The notes beneath the pieces are model-generated. The model searched no databases. It saw nothing but the letters and a program-made list of their open reading frames with translations, and was not told the origin of the DNA. A stretch of 64,000 bases of DNA from assembly GCA_966095605.1 (NCBI GenBank), contig CBHTTJ010000002.1:8702-72701 (forward strand). The letters run 5' to 3'. Origin of the DNA: an uncultured bacterium (lineage in GTDB: Bacteria; Verrucomicrobiota; Verrucomicrobiia; Limisphaerales; JACDHS01). Positions 20,818 through 30,891 of this stretch are shown one piece after another. Position numbers and translations under genes: made by a program. How positions within the stretch are numbered: position 1 is the first letter of the stretch; every line of letters starts with the position of its first letter.

Positions 20818-21510
20818 TTATACTTCGGCCCACTGACGTAGCAGGTTGTGATACACGCCCGTCAGTTGCACAGCGGTTTGGGAGGCTACCTGGCTTTCGG
20901 GTAAATCCCGTCCAAGCCGTTGGGTCGCCAAGTCGAGATCAAAGAGCAACGAACGTTGTGCATCATCGCGGATCATGCTTTGAATCCAAAAGAAGGAGCA
21001 AATACGAGCGCCGCGGGTGACGGGACGCACGTGATGTAAACTCGTGGATGGATATAAAACCATGTGACCCGGTGGAAGCTTCACACTTTGCACACCGTAG
21101 GTATCTTCGACGCAAAGTTCGCCCCCATCATATTCCTGTGGTCCGGCGAAAAAAAGAGTTGCCGAAAGGTCCGTGCGAATACGATGTGGGGTTCCGGTAA
21201 CCTGACGAATCGCGTTATCGACGTGTGTGCCGAAAGATTGTCCGCCAGAGTAACGATTAAAGAGCGGAGGGAATACGCGCAATGGCAACGCTGCTGAAAG
21301 AAACAATGGATTCTTTGCAAGGGCGGCCAGAATCATCTCACCCAGTTGACGGGCGGCCGGATGGTTTTCCGGAATCTGCATGTTGTCTTTACTCCGCGCG
21401 GATTGGTGGCCGGCTGTCACTTTGCCGTCAACCCATTCTGCCTGATCGAGAATTTGCCGGGCCTCCGCAACTTGTTGCGGAGTTAAAACGTCGGGAATGC
21501 TTAACAACAT
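20818..21510 (-). CDS. piuC: Fe(II)/2-oxoglutarate-dependent PKHD-type hydroxylase PiuC/YbiX
   Basis: [21 protein letters not shown] ... [19 protein letters not shown] ... [10 protein letters not shown] (HxD...H facial triad). Start at ATG 21510 lies directly after the receptor stop. Confidence 0.8.
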   Translation of the reverse strand: MLLSIPDVLTPQQVAEARQILDQAEWVDGKVTAGHQSARSKDNMQIPENHPAARQLGEMILAALAKNPLFLSAALPLRVFPPLFNRYSGGQSFGTHVDNAIRQVTGTPHRIRTDLSATLFFAGPQEYDGGELCVEDTYGVQSVKLPPGHMVLYPSTSLHHVRPVTRGARICSFFWIQSMIRDDAQRSLLFDLDLATQRLGRDLPESQVASQTAVQLTGVYHNLLRQWAEV

Positions 21511-21514
21511 AAAA

Positions 21515-23773
21515 TTAAAATTTAATATTGGCCGCGATAACAGCGGAGCGACCAGAACCCGGAACAAAATGTCCGCCACCGACACGGTCGATGTATTGCT
21601 CATCGGTCATGTTGTAAACATTCAGCTGAACCGAGAGGTGTTTGTTGACGTTGTAGGTCGCCATGCCATCGAATAACCAGTAGCTCGGGGCCACGCGGGC
21701 AGGAGTGCTGGTGTTCAATCGTTCGTCAGTAAATTGAGATCCACACCCGAGCGTTAGCTTCCATGGAAACTCATAAGTAGTCCACAGGTTGAGCGTGTGT
21801 TCCGGTGTGTTGGAAAGTTCGCGGCCAACCAGCAGCGGGTTCTTCGACTTGACGATCTCGCTATCCATGTAGGTGTAGCCACCAAACACTTTCCATTCTT
21901 TCGTGACGCTTCCAGCAGCGCCGATTTCGAAGCCATCGACGCGTTCTTCGCCATCGAGGACGACGATGTCGAGCGGGTTTGCCGGGTCTTCCGTGCGCGC
22001 ATTGGATTTCTCGGTGCGGAAAATGGCTGCATTCAGCAACAGCTTTCGATCAAAGAATTCCCATTTTGCTCCCAACTCGTAAGAACGGCTTTCCTCAGGA
22101 TCGACTGAGAAATTTGCGGCGGAGTTCAAATTCGTGCTTAGCGAAAGCCCCTCCGCCGACGGATTAAAAGAAGTGCCATAAGCGGCATAAATGCTTCCCT
22201 TGCTCGTCGGTTTGAAGACGATTCCACCGCGCCAGCTGAGCATGCGATCCGTGCGAGATAAAGGCGCACCATTCGTAAATGCTCCATTCGAGGCAACGGC
22301 ATCGAAGTCGGTCGAGAACTGATCCCAACGGAGTCCGCCATTCAGCTCGAATTTTTCTCCCAGTTTGATCGTGTCAAAGGCGTAGAGACCTACGCTGGTT
22401 GACGTCACATCGTTGCGCGCACCCGTTCGAGCAATGTTCTCAAGATAAGGATCATTCGGGTTGGGATTAAACACCGAAGTGTTGGGGGAATTTGGTCCCT
22501 TTGCGAGACGTGTGTATCCGGTTTCCGTTTCGTGAGCGAAATCAACGCCCGTGACGATGGTCTGGTCCACTTTTTCCGAATCCAGCCGGGTGGTGAGATC
22601 AAATTGGTTCGCTGCCAATTCATTGATTTGGTCGCGTGATTTCCAATCGCTTCGGCGAATCAATGTTGTGGTTGCGTTGAGAAAACGAGGCGAAGTGACG
22701 ATGGAATCGCGGGTGGTGCGGCCAAAGCGCGTGACATCGCGAAGGCTGAACATGTCATTGAAATCATGTTTGATTTCAGCGGTCGCGATGTCGGTGTCGA
22801 TTCGTTCGTAATCGCGTGCTTTCAAGCCATAGAAATTACTGAAATCAACCGGTGGCGCCTGATCCCGATACGCAGCCAATGGGATATTATTGGTCGGCAC
22901 CCAGGGAAGTCCGTAATCTGGAATGTTGTCCTGACTCAGATGAAAATAGCTCAGCGTGATGCGAGTCGGTGTGCCTAACCCAATAGCCAGCGAAGGAGCG
23001 ACACCCCAGCGTTCATTGGAAGCAACGTCGCGGCCGGGTGTTTCGGCGTCGTACTGCATCGCATTCAAACGAAACGCCATTCCATCAATCGTCTCGTTCT
23101 TAATCGGCTGATTCAGATCGAGCGTGAGACGTTGATATTCATCGCTGCCAAAGCCGATGGACCCGTTATAGGAAGGCTGCAAACCTGGTGTTTTGCTCAC
23201 CATGTTTACTGATCCGCCGGTCGAACCACGGCCCGCATAAGTGGACGAAGGACCTTTGGTGACTTCAACCTGTTCGAAATTAAATGGATCGCGCGAATAA
23301 CCGGCAAAATCACGCACGCCGTCGATGAACAAATCGGTGCGCGCATTGAAACCGCGAATCGACAAGTTGTCGCCCGTCGGAACACCGCCTTCGCCAGCCT
23401 GAATGCTGATGCCGGGGACATTTTTCAAAACATCACGCAGGGTCGTGGCTCCCTGTTGTTCCATGACCGCTTGCGGCACGACGGTGATCGTCTGAGGAAC
23501 ATCGACCAATGGTTCGGTATATTTCGGCGACGAAACCGATTCCGGTTTATAAGACCGATCCTGCTGACCTGTCACCAGGACGTCCGGTAATTTGGAAGAA
23601 GCGTTGGTGCCACTGTTTGAGCCGGGTTGAACCGAGACCGGCTTGTTGGTTTCCGCATGTGCAGCGCCCGCCAACATAATGGCGTTGACGAGGGCGAGGG
23701 TCGCTTTATGCGCGCGGGTCCGTTTTTGGAGCCGCAACGATGGCTTTAAGACTTTGTTTGTCGGGACGGTCAT
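21515..23773 (-). CDS. TonB-dependent siderophore/catecholate-type outer-membrane receptor
   Basis: 752 aa with a signal peptide ending AHAETN. It has a plug domain ([20 protein letters not shown] ... LSIRGF), a beta-barrel and a terminal aromatic residue (ANIKF). Confidence 0.9.
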   Translation of the reverse strand: MTVPTNKVLKPSLRLQKRTRAHKATLALVNAIMLAGAAHAETNKPVSVQPGSNSGTNASSKLPDVLVTGQQDRSYKPESVSSPKYTEPLVDVPQTITVVPQAVMEQQGATTLRDVLKNVPGISIQAGEGGVPTGDNLSIRGFNARTDLFIDGVRDFAGYSRDPFNFEQVEVTKGPSSTYAGRGSTGGSVNMVSKTPGLQPSYNGSIGFGSDEYQRLTLDLNQPIKNETIDGMAFRLNAMQYDAETPGRDVASNERWGVAPSLAIGLGTPTRITLSYFHLSQDNIPDYGLPWVPTNNIPLAAYRDQAPPVDFSNFYGLKARDYERIDTDIATAEIKHDFNDMFSLRDVTRFGRTTRDSIVTSPRFLNATTTLIRRSDWKSRDQINELAANQFDLTTRLDSEKVDQTIVTGVDFAHETETGYTRLAKGPNSPNTSVFNPNPNDPYLENIARTGARNDVTSTSVGLYAFDTIKLGEKFELNGGLRWDQFSTDFDAVASNGAFTNGAPLSRTDRMLSWRGGIVFKPTSKGSIYAAYGTSFNPSAEGLSLSTNLNSAANFSVDPEESRSYELGAKWEFFDRKLLLNAAIFRTEKSNARTEDPANPLDIVVLDGEERVDGFEIGAAGSVTKEWKVFGGYTYMDSEIVKSKNPLLVGRELSNTPEHTLNLWTTYEFPWKLTLGCGSQFTDERLNTSTPARVAPSYWLFDGMATYNVNKHLSVQLNVYNMTDEQYIDRVGGGHFVPGSGRSAVIAANIKF

Positions 23774-23917
23774 TTGGGTCCAGGTTTTTTCTTTAAACGA
23801 TCGCGCACAAAGGCGCGTAACGTCTCAGAGTCTTCCAGAAGATGAAATGACCCGCTTTCGTTGGGTTGCTATTTTCTGGCGGTAAGTTGCACCACCAAAA
23901 ACAAGTTTTGGCCGGGA

Positions 23918-24913
23918 TTAGCGATCCGATTGGTAGTTAAGAGGAAATAACCCCGGGCAGCAGCCGTAAGTTTCGTGAAAAGCTGTGCTGAAATGCCCCG
24001 GACTCGCGTATCCCACTTCCATAGCAACTTCGGTAACATTCAGCTTGCCTTGCCTCAATAACTCGGCGGCCTTATCCATGCGGATCTGGCGGATGTATTG
24101 TGGAATCGTTATCCCCATTTCTTTGGAGAACGTTCGGCTTAGATAAAAATGACTGCAACCGACCTTGCGGCCCAACTCCTCGAGTGACGGCGGTTCGGCC
24201 AGGCTGCTCTTTAAAATTTCCGTAACACGATTGACCCGTTCACGCGCGACACGTTGCTGCCGGCTGCAGAACAGCTCTTCTTCGGGTGGCTGAAAGAAAA
24301 ATTCCACCATCAGGTCGAAGGCCCGGCTCTGATACCAGATGGATTGTGCAGCGAGCATCACGGGAGGAACTCTTAATTGCGAAATTAATTCCTGCTGACG
24401 CTGGTTTAATCGCACTGCCGTGGTCGCTCCAGAATTTGTCGTTCCACCGGTGACGACATCCTTCACCAGTGGATGCAAAAATTTCTCGCGGCCCAGTAGT
24501 TGTTGGCGCAAGAAGCGGGGAGAGAATTCCACCGTAATAAAGCGATGTTCCTCGTGGGGTAGTCGGACAGCTTCGATGTTGCTGTTCCCTTTACAATAGA
24601 ACCCGGAGGTCAACGGTTCATATTGGACCTTTTCCTTGCCACAAAGAACGTGACCGCTTCCAGACAGATTCAGGCAGATTTCGACACTACCGGGATGAAA
24701 ACTTTTAGACCAATCCAGGGGCTTCTCGCTTTTGAAATCGTGCCATTCAAAGCTGAACCCAAGGTCATGAAAGTCGCCGTGCAACTGCGTCCATCCTGCG
24801 CCGATGCTCCGCCACGCCGCCACTTCAGAAAAGGAACCCGCCTTCCGATTATCGGATACAGAGTCTTTTCCAAAATTATTTCCTCCAACACGCATATTGC
24901 GACGCAGTCTCAA
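23918..24913 (-). CDS. AraC-family transcriptional regulator
   Basis: C-terminal double HTH: LEELGRKVGCSHFYLSRTFSKEMGITIPQYIRQIRMDKAAELL ... VTEVAMEVGYASPGHFSTAFHETYG. Start uncertain (24913 or 24895). Confidence 0.85.
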   Translation of the reverse strand: MRLRRNMRVGGNNFGKDSVSDNRKAGSFSEVAAWRSIGAGWTQLHGDFHDLGFSFEWHDFKSEKPLDWSKSFHPGSVEICLNLSGSGHVLCGKEKVQYEPLTSGFYCKGNSNIEAVRLPHEEHRFITVEFSPRFLRQQLLGREKFLHPLVKDVVTGGTTNSGATTAVRLNQRQQELISQLRVPPVMLAAQSIWYQSRAFDLMVEFFFQPPEEELFCSRQQRVARERVNRVTEILKSSLAEPPSLEELGRKVGCSHFYLSRTFSKEMGITIPQYIRQIRMDKAAELLRQGKLNVTEVAMEVGYASPGHFSTAFHETYGCCPGLFPLNYQSDR

Positions 24914-25030
24914 TAACTGCGGGAGGGCTCATTTGCAAGAATCTTTAGCTTTCAGGTGTGTCGGGCTGGCTTGCTGGCAAAGTCCTCGTCTGCTTCCGCG
25001 ATGATCTTTAGATCTAGGATTTTTGAGGTC

Positions 25031-25711
25031 TTATTCGGAGGCCTGTTTGTAAGCGACGCTGACACTCACAATCATTGAGATAATGTTGAAGATGCCGATG
25101 CCGCCAAAAATTAATATTTGAGAAGCGACAAAAGCCAGCAGGGAAATCACCGCTGCGATCACGCCAAGGCTATTATCCGTTCCTCGGAAAAATAACCGCG
25201 CTGACAATCCCGTCAGGAATCCCACAAGGATGCCCGTCAGCGGAAACCGAATGCCGGTCAACATGGCGAAAACAAAGAGCACGATGAAAGCAACGCCAGC
25301 GCCGACTAGAGCTCCGACAATACCGAGCGGCATGCTGAATTCCGGCCATCCTGAACCGCTGCTCTGCCCGGTCGGCATTGGTGCGGCAGGACGATATGCA
25401 GTCGCCGCGGGCTGCGCCGAAACGGCGGGTGGGGCCGCCGGAGCCGCGTGCTGCGCAACCTGCAAGCGAGGTGCTGCTGGCTTAAGCGGAGGCGCCGCAG
25501 GGATAGGTGGCGCGGCAGGAATCGCCTGGGCCGCACCCGAGGTCGTGGCGAGTAGCGCCACTTTTTCCTGGAGAATGGAATGAGCGACCGATGATCCATC
25601 AGCACTGCAAACAGGGCATCGGACGGGGAAGGGGATAGTTCCGTTTACAGGTTCGACATCGAATTTATATTTTTGTCCACACTGGCAAATGACCTTGATT
25701 TCAATTGGCAT
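25031..25711 (-). CDS. zinc-ribbon / Pro-Ala linker / membrane-domain protein
   Basis: N-terminal CxC ... CPVC ribbon (MPIEIKVICQCGQKYKF ... VRCPVCSADG). A P/A-rich linker follows, then 3-4 C-terminal TM helices. Confidence 0.6.
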   Translation of the reverse strand: MPIEIKVICQCGQKYKFDVEPVNGTIPFPVRCPVCSADGSSVAHSILQEKVALLATTSGAAQAIPAAPPIPAAPPLKPAAPRLQVAQHAAPAAPPAVSAQPAATAYRPAAPMPTGQSSGSGWPEFSMPLGIVGALVGAGVAFIVLFVFAMLTGIRFPLTGILVGFLTGLSARLFFRGTDNSLGVIAAVISLLAFVASQILIFGGIGIFNIISMIVSVSVAYKQASE

Positions 25712-25899
25712 AATCTGAGCCCGAGGGTTGTTTGGTTGTTGTTCGGGTAGGCGAAAAGGTAACGACAGCTGGAGCCTTGAGAAAGTCTAAATATTGAAGA
25801 ATTACGTTATCCGTCGCACTTGAATCTGACCGCTGGAGAAGGGGCTTAAAACTTAATCTTCAAAAAACATTTGCGTAGCCAAATGGCTTCATGTAGATA

Positions 25900-25917
25900 T
25901 GTAGCTAAATAGCTACA
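25900..25917. promoter_or_regulatory. perfect 8-2-8 palindrome, candidate ArsR-family operator
   Basis: TGTAGCTA-AA-TAGCTACA ends 1 nt before the ATG (25919) of the ArsR/SmtB-family gene. A partial extra half-site (ATGTAGATA) sits just upstream. Confidence 0.55.
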
Positions 25918-25918
25918 C

Positions 25919-26242
25919 ATGAATTTACGACGAGACGTTTTTCAAGCCATAGCCGATCCGACGAGAAGGGCTATTCTCCTGTTGGTGGCTTCGCAGACAA
26001 TGACCGCGGGAGCCATCGCGGCGAATTTCGATACGGCGAGACCGACAGTTTCCAAACACCTGCAGATACTGACGGAGTGTGAATTGCTGGAACAGGAACA
26101 AAACGGCAGGGAAATTTACTATCACTTGAATCCACAGAAGATCAAAGAGATTGCGGACTTCGTTGAACCATTTCGGAAGTTGTGGGACGACCGTTTTAAT
26201 CAACTGGAGATGATCATGAAGAAACACAAAACAAAAAAATAG
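25919..26242 (+). CDS. ArsR/SmtB-family transcriptional regulator
   Basis: 107 aa: [50 protein letters not shown] ... GREIYYHL. Confidence 0.9.
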   Translation: MNLRRDVFQAIADPTRRAILLLVASQTMTAGAIAANFDTARPTVSKHLQILTECELLEQEQNGREIYYHLNPQKIKEIADFVEPFRKLWDDRFNQLEMIMKKHKTKK

Positions 26243-26249
26243 ATTCACT

Positions 26250-26717
26250 ATGGAACGAAAAACAAAAATCCACGCGGAAGACGGCAAACAGGACCTCGTG
26301 ATTACACGAGAATTTGATCTGCCAGTTGACTTGCTTTTCAAAGCGCATGCAGACCCTGAGATTGTTGAGCAATGGATGGGAACGAAAGTGGTGAAACTGG
26401 AGTGTAAACGGCACGGCGGGTGGCAATTTAAAACATCAGATCCCCAGGGGAACGTAGTGTTTCAAGCCAATGGAGTTATTCACGAATTTGTTCCAGATCG
26501 GAAAATCACCCGCACCTTTGAAATCGAGAACGCGCCGTTTGGGGTTCAGCTCGAGTTCCTGGAATTTGAAAAACTGACGGAAGACACGAGCAAGCTCACG
26601 ATGCAGATCGTCTATCGTTCCGTTGCGCGCAGGGATCAGATGCTGAAGTTGCCCTTCGCGCAGGGCCTGAATATGGCGCACAACCGATTGCAGGACACTC
26701 TCAACAAATTGAAATAG
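26250..26717 (+). CDS. SRPBCC (Aha1/activator-of-Hsp90-ATPase-like) domain protein
   Basis: 155 aa: LVITREFDLPVDLLFKAHADPEIVEQWMG. It has the typical position directly after an ArsR gene. Confidence 0.7.
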   Translation: MERKTKIHAEDGKQDLVITREFDLPVDLLFKAHADPEIVEQWMGTKVVKLECKRHGGWQFKTSDPQGNVVFQANGVIHEFVPDRKITRTFEIENAPFGVQLEFLEFEKLTEDTSKLTMQIVYRSVARRDQMLKLPFAQGLNMAHNRLQDTLNKLK

Positions 26718-26719
26718 AC

Positions 26720-27127
26720 ATGAGTAAAAGAAATAAAATCATCTATTGGATTTCCACTGTCTGGCTGGCTCTGGGGATGTTTTCCAGTGGCATTGTTCAG
26801 TTAATGCGCATGAAAGCGGAAGGAGCCGTGGCGCCGCCCGGTGTGGAAGGAATTACGCATCTTGGCTATCCTGTCTACTTTCTGACGATTCTGGGTTTCT
26901 GGAAACTTTTGGGAATTGTCACGTTGCTCATTCCCAGATTTCCTTTGCTGAAGGAGTGGGCTTATGCGGGCTTTTTCTTTACGATGTCGGGAGCGATCTT
27001 TTCACATGTTGCCGTGAACGATTCCATGAGGGAAATATTTCCTTCGGTTCTATTGCTTTGTTTGACGGTAGTATCGTGGTATTTCAGACCACCGGGCAGG
27101 AAACTGGTTGTGCCGGCTAATAATTGA
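26720..27127 (+). CDS. DoxX-like membrane protein
   Basis: 135 aa, four TM helices, in the context of the ArsR-SRPBCC cluster. Confidence 0.6.
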   Translation: MSKRNKIIYWISTVWLALGMFSSGIVQLMRMKAEGAVAPPGVEGITHLGYPVYFLTILGFWKLLGIVTLLIPRFPLLKEWAYAGFFFTMSGAIFSHVAVNDSMREIFPSVLLLCLTVVSWYFRPPGRKLVVPANN

Positions 27128-27131
27128 AAGA

Positions 27132-27710
27132 ATGAACCCGAAGGTTGATGAATTTATCAAGACGTCGAAAAAGTGGCGGGAGGAATTTTCGCAACTGAGG
27201 AGAGACCTTCTTGAGTGTGGACTCACCGAGGAATTAAAGTGGGGCAAACCTTGTTACACGTTTCAGGAAAGCAACGTCGTCATCATGCAGGGATTTAAGG
27301 AATATTGTGCGCTTTTGTTTTGCAAAGGCGCGCTGTTGAAAGATCCAAAGAAAATCCTCGTTCAACAAACAGAGAATGTGCAGGCCGCTCGCCAAATAAG
27401 ATTCACCGGCTTACGAGAAATTGTTGAGCTGGAGGCTGCCGTGAAGGCTTATATCAATGAAGCCGTGGCAGTGGAGAAAGCTGGTTTACGGGTGAGTTAT
27501 AAAAAGACTTCTGAATTCAAGGTCCCGTCCGAATTTCAAAATAAATTGGATCGGATGCCCGCGTTGAAAAAGGCGTTTGCGGCATTAACACCCGGGCGTC
27601 AGCGAGGTTACCTTTTGTATTTTTCGGGTGCGAAACAATCCCAGACCCGCGAGTCGAGGATTGAGAAATACACTCCGCAGATTCTGAAAGGAAAAGGCCT
27701 GGATGATTAA
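27132..27710 (+). CDS. YdeI/DUF1801-family protein
   Basis: Start at ATG 27132 (MNPKVDEFIKTSKKWREEF ...). The C-terminal PGRQRGYLLYFSGAKQSQTRESRIEK is typical of YdeI/OmpD-associated proteins. Confidence 0.65.
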   Translation: MNPKVDEFIKTSKKWREEFSQLRRDLLECGLTEELKWGKPCYTFQESNVVIMQGFKEYCALLFCKGALLKDPKKILVQQTENVQAARQIRFTGLREIVELEAAVKAYINEAVAVEKAGLRVSYKKTSEFKVPSEFQNKLDRMPALKKAFAALTPGRQRGYLLYFSGAKQSQTRESRIEKYTPQILKGKGLDD

Positions 27711-27787
27711 GCCGCGGAAAGAGACCATGTTGAATACAAGTTCCGACGGAAAAAGATAAACCATTCGTTTATTCCCATTGTTTAAAT

Positions 27788-28363
27788 ATGAAAAGTAACA
27801 GCAGCAACAAAAAGGTTTTGTCGGCAGAACAGCGTGAAGAGCTCCTCAAAGTGCTGAAAACACGTTTTGAGAAAAACATGAATCGCCATAAAGGACTTGA
27901 GTGGCCCAAAGTGCAGGCGAAGTTGGAAACAGCTCCTGAAAAATTGTGGTCACTCAGCGAGATGGAACGAACGGGTGGTGAACCGGATGTTGTCGGTTAT
28001 GACAAGAAGAGTGGGGAATACTTTTTCTTCGATTGTTCCGCGGAAAGTCCTTCCGACCGGAGAAGTATATGCTACGACCGCGAAGCTTTGGACTCGCGGA
28101 AGGAACATAAACCGGCGGGCAACGCGGTAGATATGGCAACCGCGATGGGCATCGAGTTGTTGACCGAAGAACAATATCGAGAGTTGCAGAAGCTTGGGAA
28201 TTTCGACACGAAAACGTCGAGTTGGGTGAAGACTCCCGCTGACATTAGAGAACTCGACGGCGCGTTGTTTTGTGACCGCCGCTACAATACGGTTTTCGTG
28301 TATCACAACGGTGCTCAATCTTATTACAGCGCGAGAGGATTTCGTGGTTCGTTGAGGGTTTAA
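27788..28363 (+). CDS. DUF4256-family protein
   Basis: 191 aa: EMERTGGEPDVVGYD ... YFFFDCSAESP ... TSSWVKTP. Family assignment is from memory. Confidence 0.55.
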   Translation: MKSNSSNKKVLSAEQREELLKVLKTRFEKNMNRHKGLEWPKVQAKLETAPEKLWSLSEMERTGGEPDVVGYDKKSGEYFFFDCSAESPSDRRSICYDREALDSRKEHKPAGNAVDMATAMGIELLTEEQYRELQKLGNFDTKTSSWVKTPADIRELDGALFCDRRYNTVFVYHNGAQSYYSARGFRGSLRV

Positions 28364-28552
28364 TGGACTTGGCTTTTGGGAATGCCTGAATAGATCGGTT
28401 CCCTCAACCGAGCGGTGGAGGGCCACCGCCGTCCGGAACGTTATCGCGTAATGGGTCGCCTCCAAGCCGCGCGAACGCTGCACTTTGATGCTGAAACCGC
28501 CGTCGAGGCATCAACGAACGGCTATCGACGACCGCGTCATCGCCAATGGTAT

Positions 28553-28999
28553 CTACTGCATGAAGCGGCTGACATTTTTCAGCCAATAATTTTCCCAGGT
28601 CTCCAGTAATTCAGCGAGGCTTTCAGTGTTGATGGGCTTAACGAGAAAGGATTGCGCGCCGAGTTGGTAGGCTTTTTGCGCGTCCTTGAGATCTTCGGAC
28701 ACGGTCATGACGACTACAGGCATCCAGGGAACTTTTGATTTGGTTCGAATGAATTGGAGGAGCTCGAAGCCGTTGACTCGCGGCATTTTTAAATCAACCA
28801 GCATTAGTCCGGGCAGGGGAGACGTCTCGGGATCCGTGAACTTGCCCTTCCGACTGAGGTAGGCAATCGCTTCCTCCCCGTGCGAGAGATGAATCAATCG
28901 GTTAGGGACTTTTTGACGTCGAAAAAGATACGCGAGATGCTCCGCGTAGGAGATTTCGTCTTCGACATATAAGATTGGAAACGGGGTGTTGATGCGCAT
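28553..28999 (-). CDS. stand-alone response-regulator receiver (CheY-like)
   Basis: ILYVEDE acidic pocket, phospho-acceptor region LMLVDLKMPRVNGFELL, VVVMTVS and conserved Lys (FLVKP). There is no output domain. Start at ATG 28999. Confidence 0.85.
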   Translation of the reverse strand: MRINTPFPILYVEDEISYAEHLAYLFRRQKVPNRLIHLSHGEEAIAYLSRKGKFTDPETSPLPGLMLVDLKMPRVNGFELLQFIRTKSKVPWMPVVVMTVSEDLKDAQKAYQLGAQSFLVKPINTESLAELLETWENYWLKNVSRFMQ

Positions 29000-29317
29000 C
29001 TTCAACAAAGAGATAGCACGTCTTCCTGACAAGATATTTTATCTGTTTCCCGATGATTTCAGTGCTTCCCTGATCCCCTTAAACGGAGGAACTACCAAAG
29101 GGTGTTTATTGTGTCTCCGGTTCCGAAAACACCACAACCACATTATCGGGAATACCTTCATGCGCACCCTGGCGTAGGTGGAGCAAAAATTTACCAGGAT
29201 GTTATGTTTTTTCCGCGATTGCTTGTGAGGACAATCGTGGTTTTTTCATTGGAGGCAGTATGTCCTCAGACTTTTTATCTCGAAAAAGCCGGTGAGCTTG
29301 CGTATTTCTTAAGGTGC

Positions 29318-30775
29318 ATGGGCAACTTCCAAAAGTCCTTCGTTGTGCTGAGTCTAACTGCATTTTTGAACATCGGTTTCGCGGCGGACGCCACCCTCGC
29401 CAAAGCCAAAGCTTTGGAAGCGAAGGGGGAATTCAAGAACGCGACGGAATTACTCACCGAAAAATTAAAAGACAAAGACCTCAGCGAGACAGCGCGCCAC
29501 GATTATGAATGGGAAATCGATTGGATGGGGCGTGTGCAACAGGATTATGGCTGGACGGAAGAGACATTGCGCAAACGACTGAACAGTTCCGTGAAAGGAG
29601 TCACGTCTGACGAAATCGATGCCTGGATGAAAGAGGGTCGATTCGACGGAAGGAAAATCGACGGCGAAATGCGTTATACCGTCACGAGCGTTAACAACCT
29701 TTTCTGGCGTCGTCCGGATCTCGAACCACGGCGTCAACCGGCCAAGGACAATGCTTCCTATCACCGTGCTCTCCTCGACACGGCGCGCCGAGTCAAGAAA
29801 GCAGCCCTGGAACAAAAGAAGCCGTATGTTTATCCAACCCATTTTCAATGCACGATGACCGTGACCGCGGAAAAAAACGCGACTGAAAACGGCGAAATGA
29901 TTCGTGCGTGGCTGCCTGTGCCGAGGAGTTATCCGTTCCAGACCGACTTTAACTTAACCGGAAGTTCCTCTCCGGTCCGGTATCTTGCCCATGAAGAAAG
30001 TCCGATTCGCTCGGTTTATATGGAACAGACGGCCGTCGACGAAAGGCCAACGGAATTCAGGATCAATTATGATTACGTCCGCAATGCGGTGTACTTCGAC
30101 CTGAAGCCGGAAGAGGTTCGCACCGGAAAATTGAGCGCGGACGTGCTGCCATTTACCAAGGAAGCGCCGCACGTGGTTTTTACGCCGGCGATTCGTGAAC
30201 TCGCCAACGAAATTGTCGGGAAGGAAAAAAATCCTCTCGTGCAGGCGCGCGGCTTTTACAACTGGATTGCGGAAAACATTAAGTACAGTTACGCCCGCGA
30301 ATATTCCACGCTCACCAACATCAGTGATTATTGCCTGAGCAACGGTTATGGTGACTGCGGCCAGGAAGGCTTGCTCTTCATTACCCTTTGCCGCTCGAAA
30401 GGAATTCCTGCTCGTTGGCAAACAGGTTGGAATCTTTTCCCGACACACAAGGGGATTCATGATTGGACCGAAATTTATCTGGCTCCTTACGGATGGGTCC
30501 CGGTTGACCCGTGGGCGGGTATTTATGCTTCACGCTATTGCACGAATTTGTCGGCGGATGAACGCAAGGAGTTGCGCGATTTCTATTTCGGTGGGCTCGA
30601 TCAGTATCGCATGTCGGCCAATAGCGATCACAACCAGGAATTGCAGCCGCCAAAACATACCTTCCGTTCCGACGACGTCGATTTCCAACGCGGTGAACTG
30701 GAGGGATCAAAGAACATTTATTTCGACCGCTACGATTATAAGCTGGAAGTCGAAGAAGTTCCGGCCAGGAAATAA
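29318..30775 (+). CDS. secreted transglutaminase-like cysteine protease-fold protein
   Basis: Start at ATG 29318 gives signal peptide MGNFQKSFVVLSLTAFLNIGFA. The Cys-His-Asp core is GYGDCGQEGLLF ... IHDWTEIY ... GWVPVDP. Confidence 0.8.
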   Translation: MGNFQKSFVVLSLTAFLNIGFAADATLAKAKALEAKGEFKNATELLTEKLKDKDLSETARHDYEWEIDWMGRVQQDYGWTEETLRKRLNSSVKGVTSDEIDAWMKEGRFDGRKIDGEMRYTVTSVNNLFWRRPDLEPRRQPAKDNASYHRALLDTARRVKKAALEQKKPYVYPTHFQCTMTVTAEKNATENGEMIRAWLPVPRSYPFQTDFNLTGSSSPVRYLAHEESPIRSVYMEQTAVDERPTEFRINYDYVRNAVYFDLKPEEVRTGKLSADVLPFTKEAPHVVFTPAIRELANEIVGKEKNPLVQARGFYNWIAENIKYSYAREYSTLTNISDYCLSNGYGDCGQEGLLFITLCRSKGIPARWQTGWNLFPTHKGIHDWTEIYLAPYGWVPVDPWAGIYASRYCTNLSADERKELRDFYFGGLDQYRMSANSDHNQELQPPKHTFRSDDVDFQRGELEGSKNIYFDRYDYKLEVEEVPARK

Positions 30776-30891
30776 TTCCTTCGGGGTGTTCGAATAGGCA
30801 TTTTAATTTCAAAAACATTCAAGAAACGTTCACGTTCGCGCGTCGAAAAAAGTTATTGGCGGGCAGATCGCCTCGCCCTTACGAATTCGCC

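Noticed and set aside
23774-23917. Looked for a Fur box upstream of the TonB-dependent receptor
   Set aside because: No convincing match to GATAATGATAATCATTATC was seen by eye. A matrix scan would be needed, so no site is reported.
29102-29317. 5' extensions of longest ORFs. Examples: 29102 for the transglutaminase-like gene, 53223 for the DMFase-like gene, 50142 for the giant gene, and 15634, 13253, 62701, 27108, 30856 and 10422.
   Set aside because: In each case an internal ATG gives a clean signal peptide or a family-typical N-terminus and removes the overlap with the neighbouring gene. The extensions lack coding features. Start sites remain predictions.
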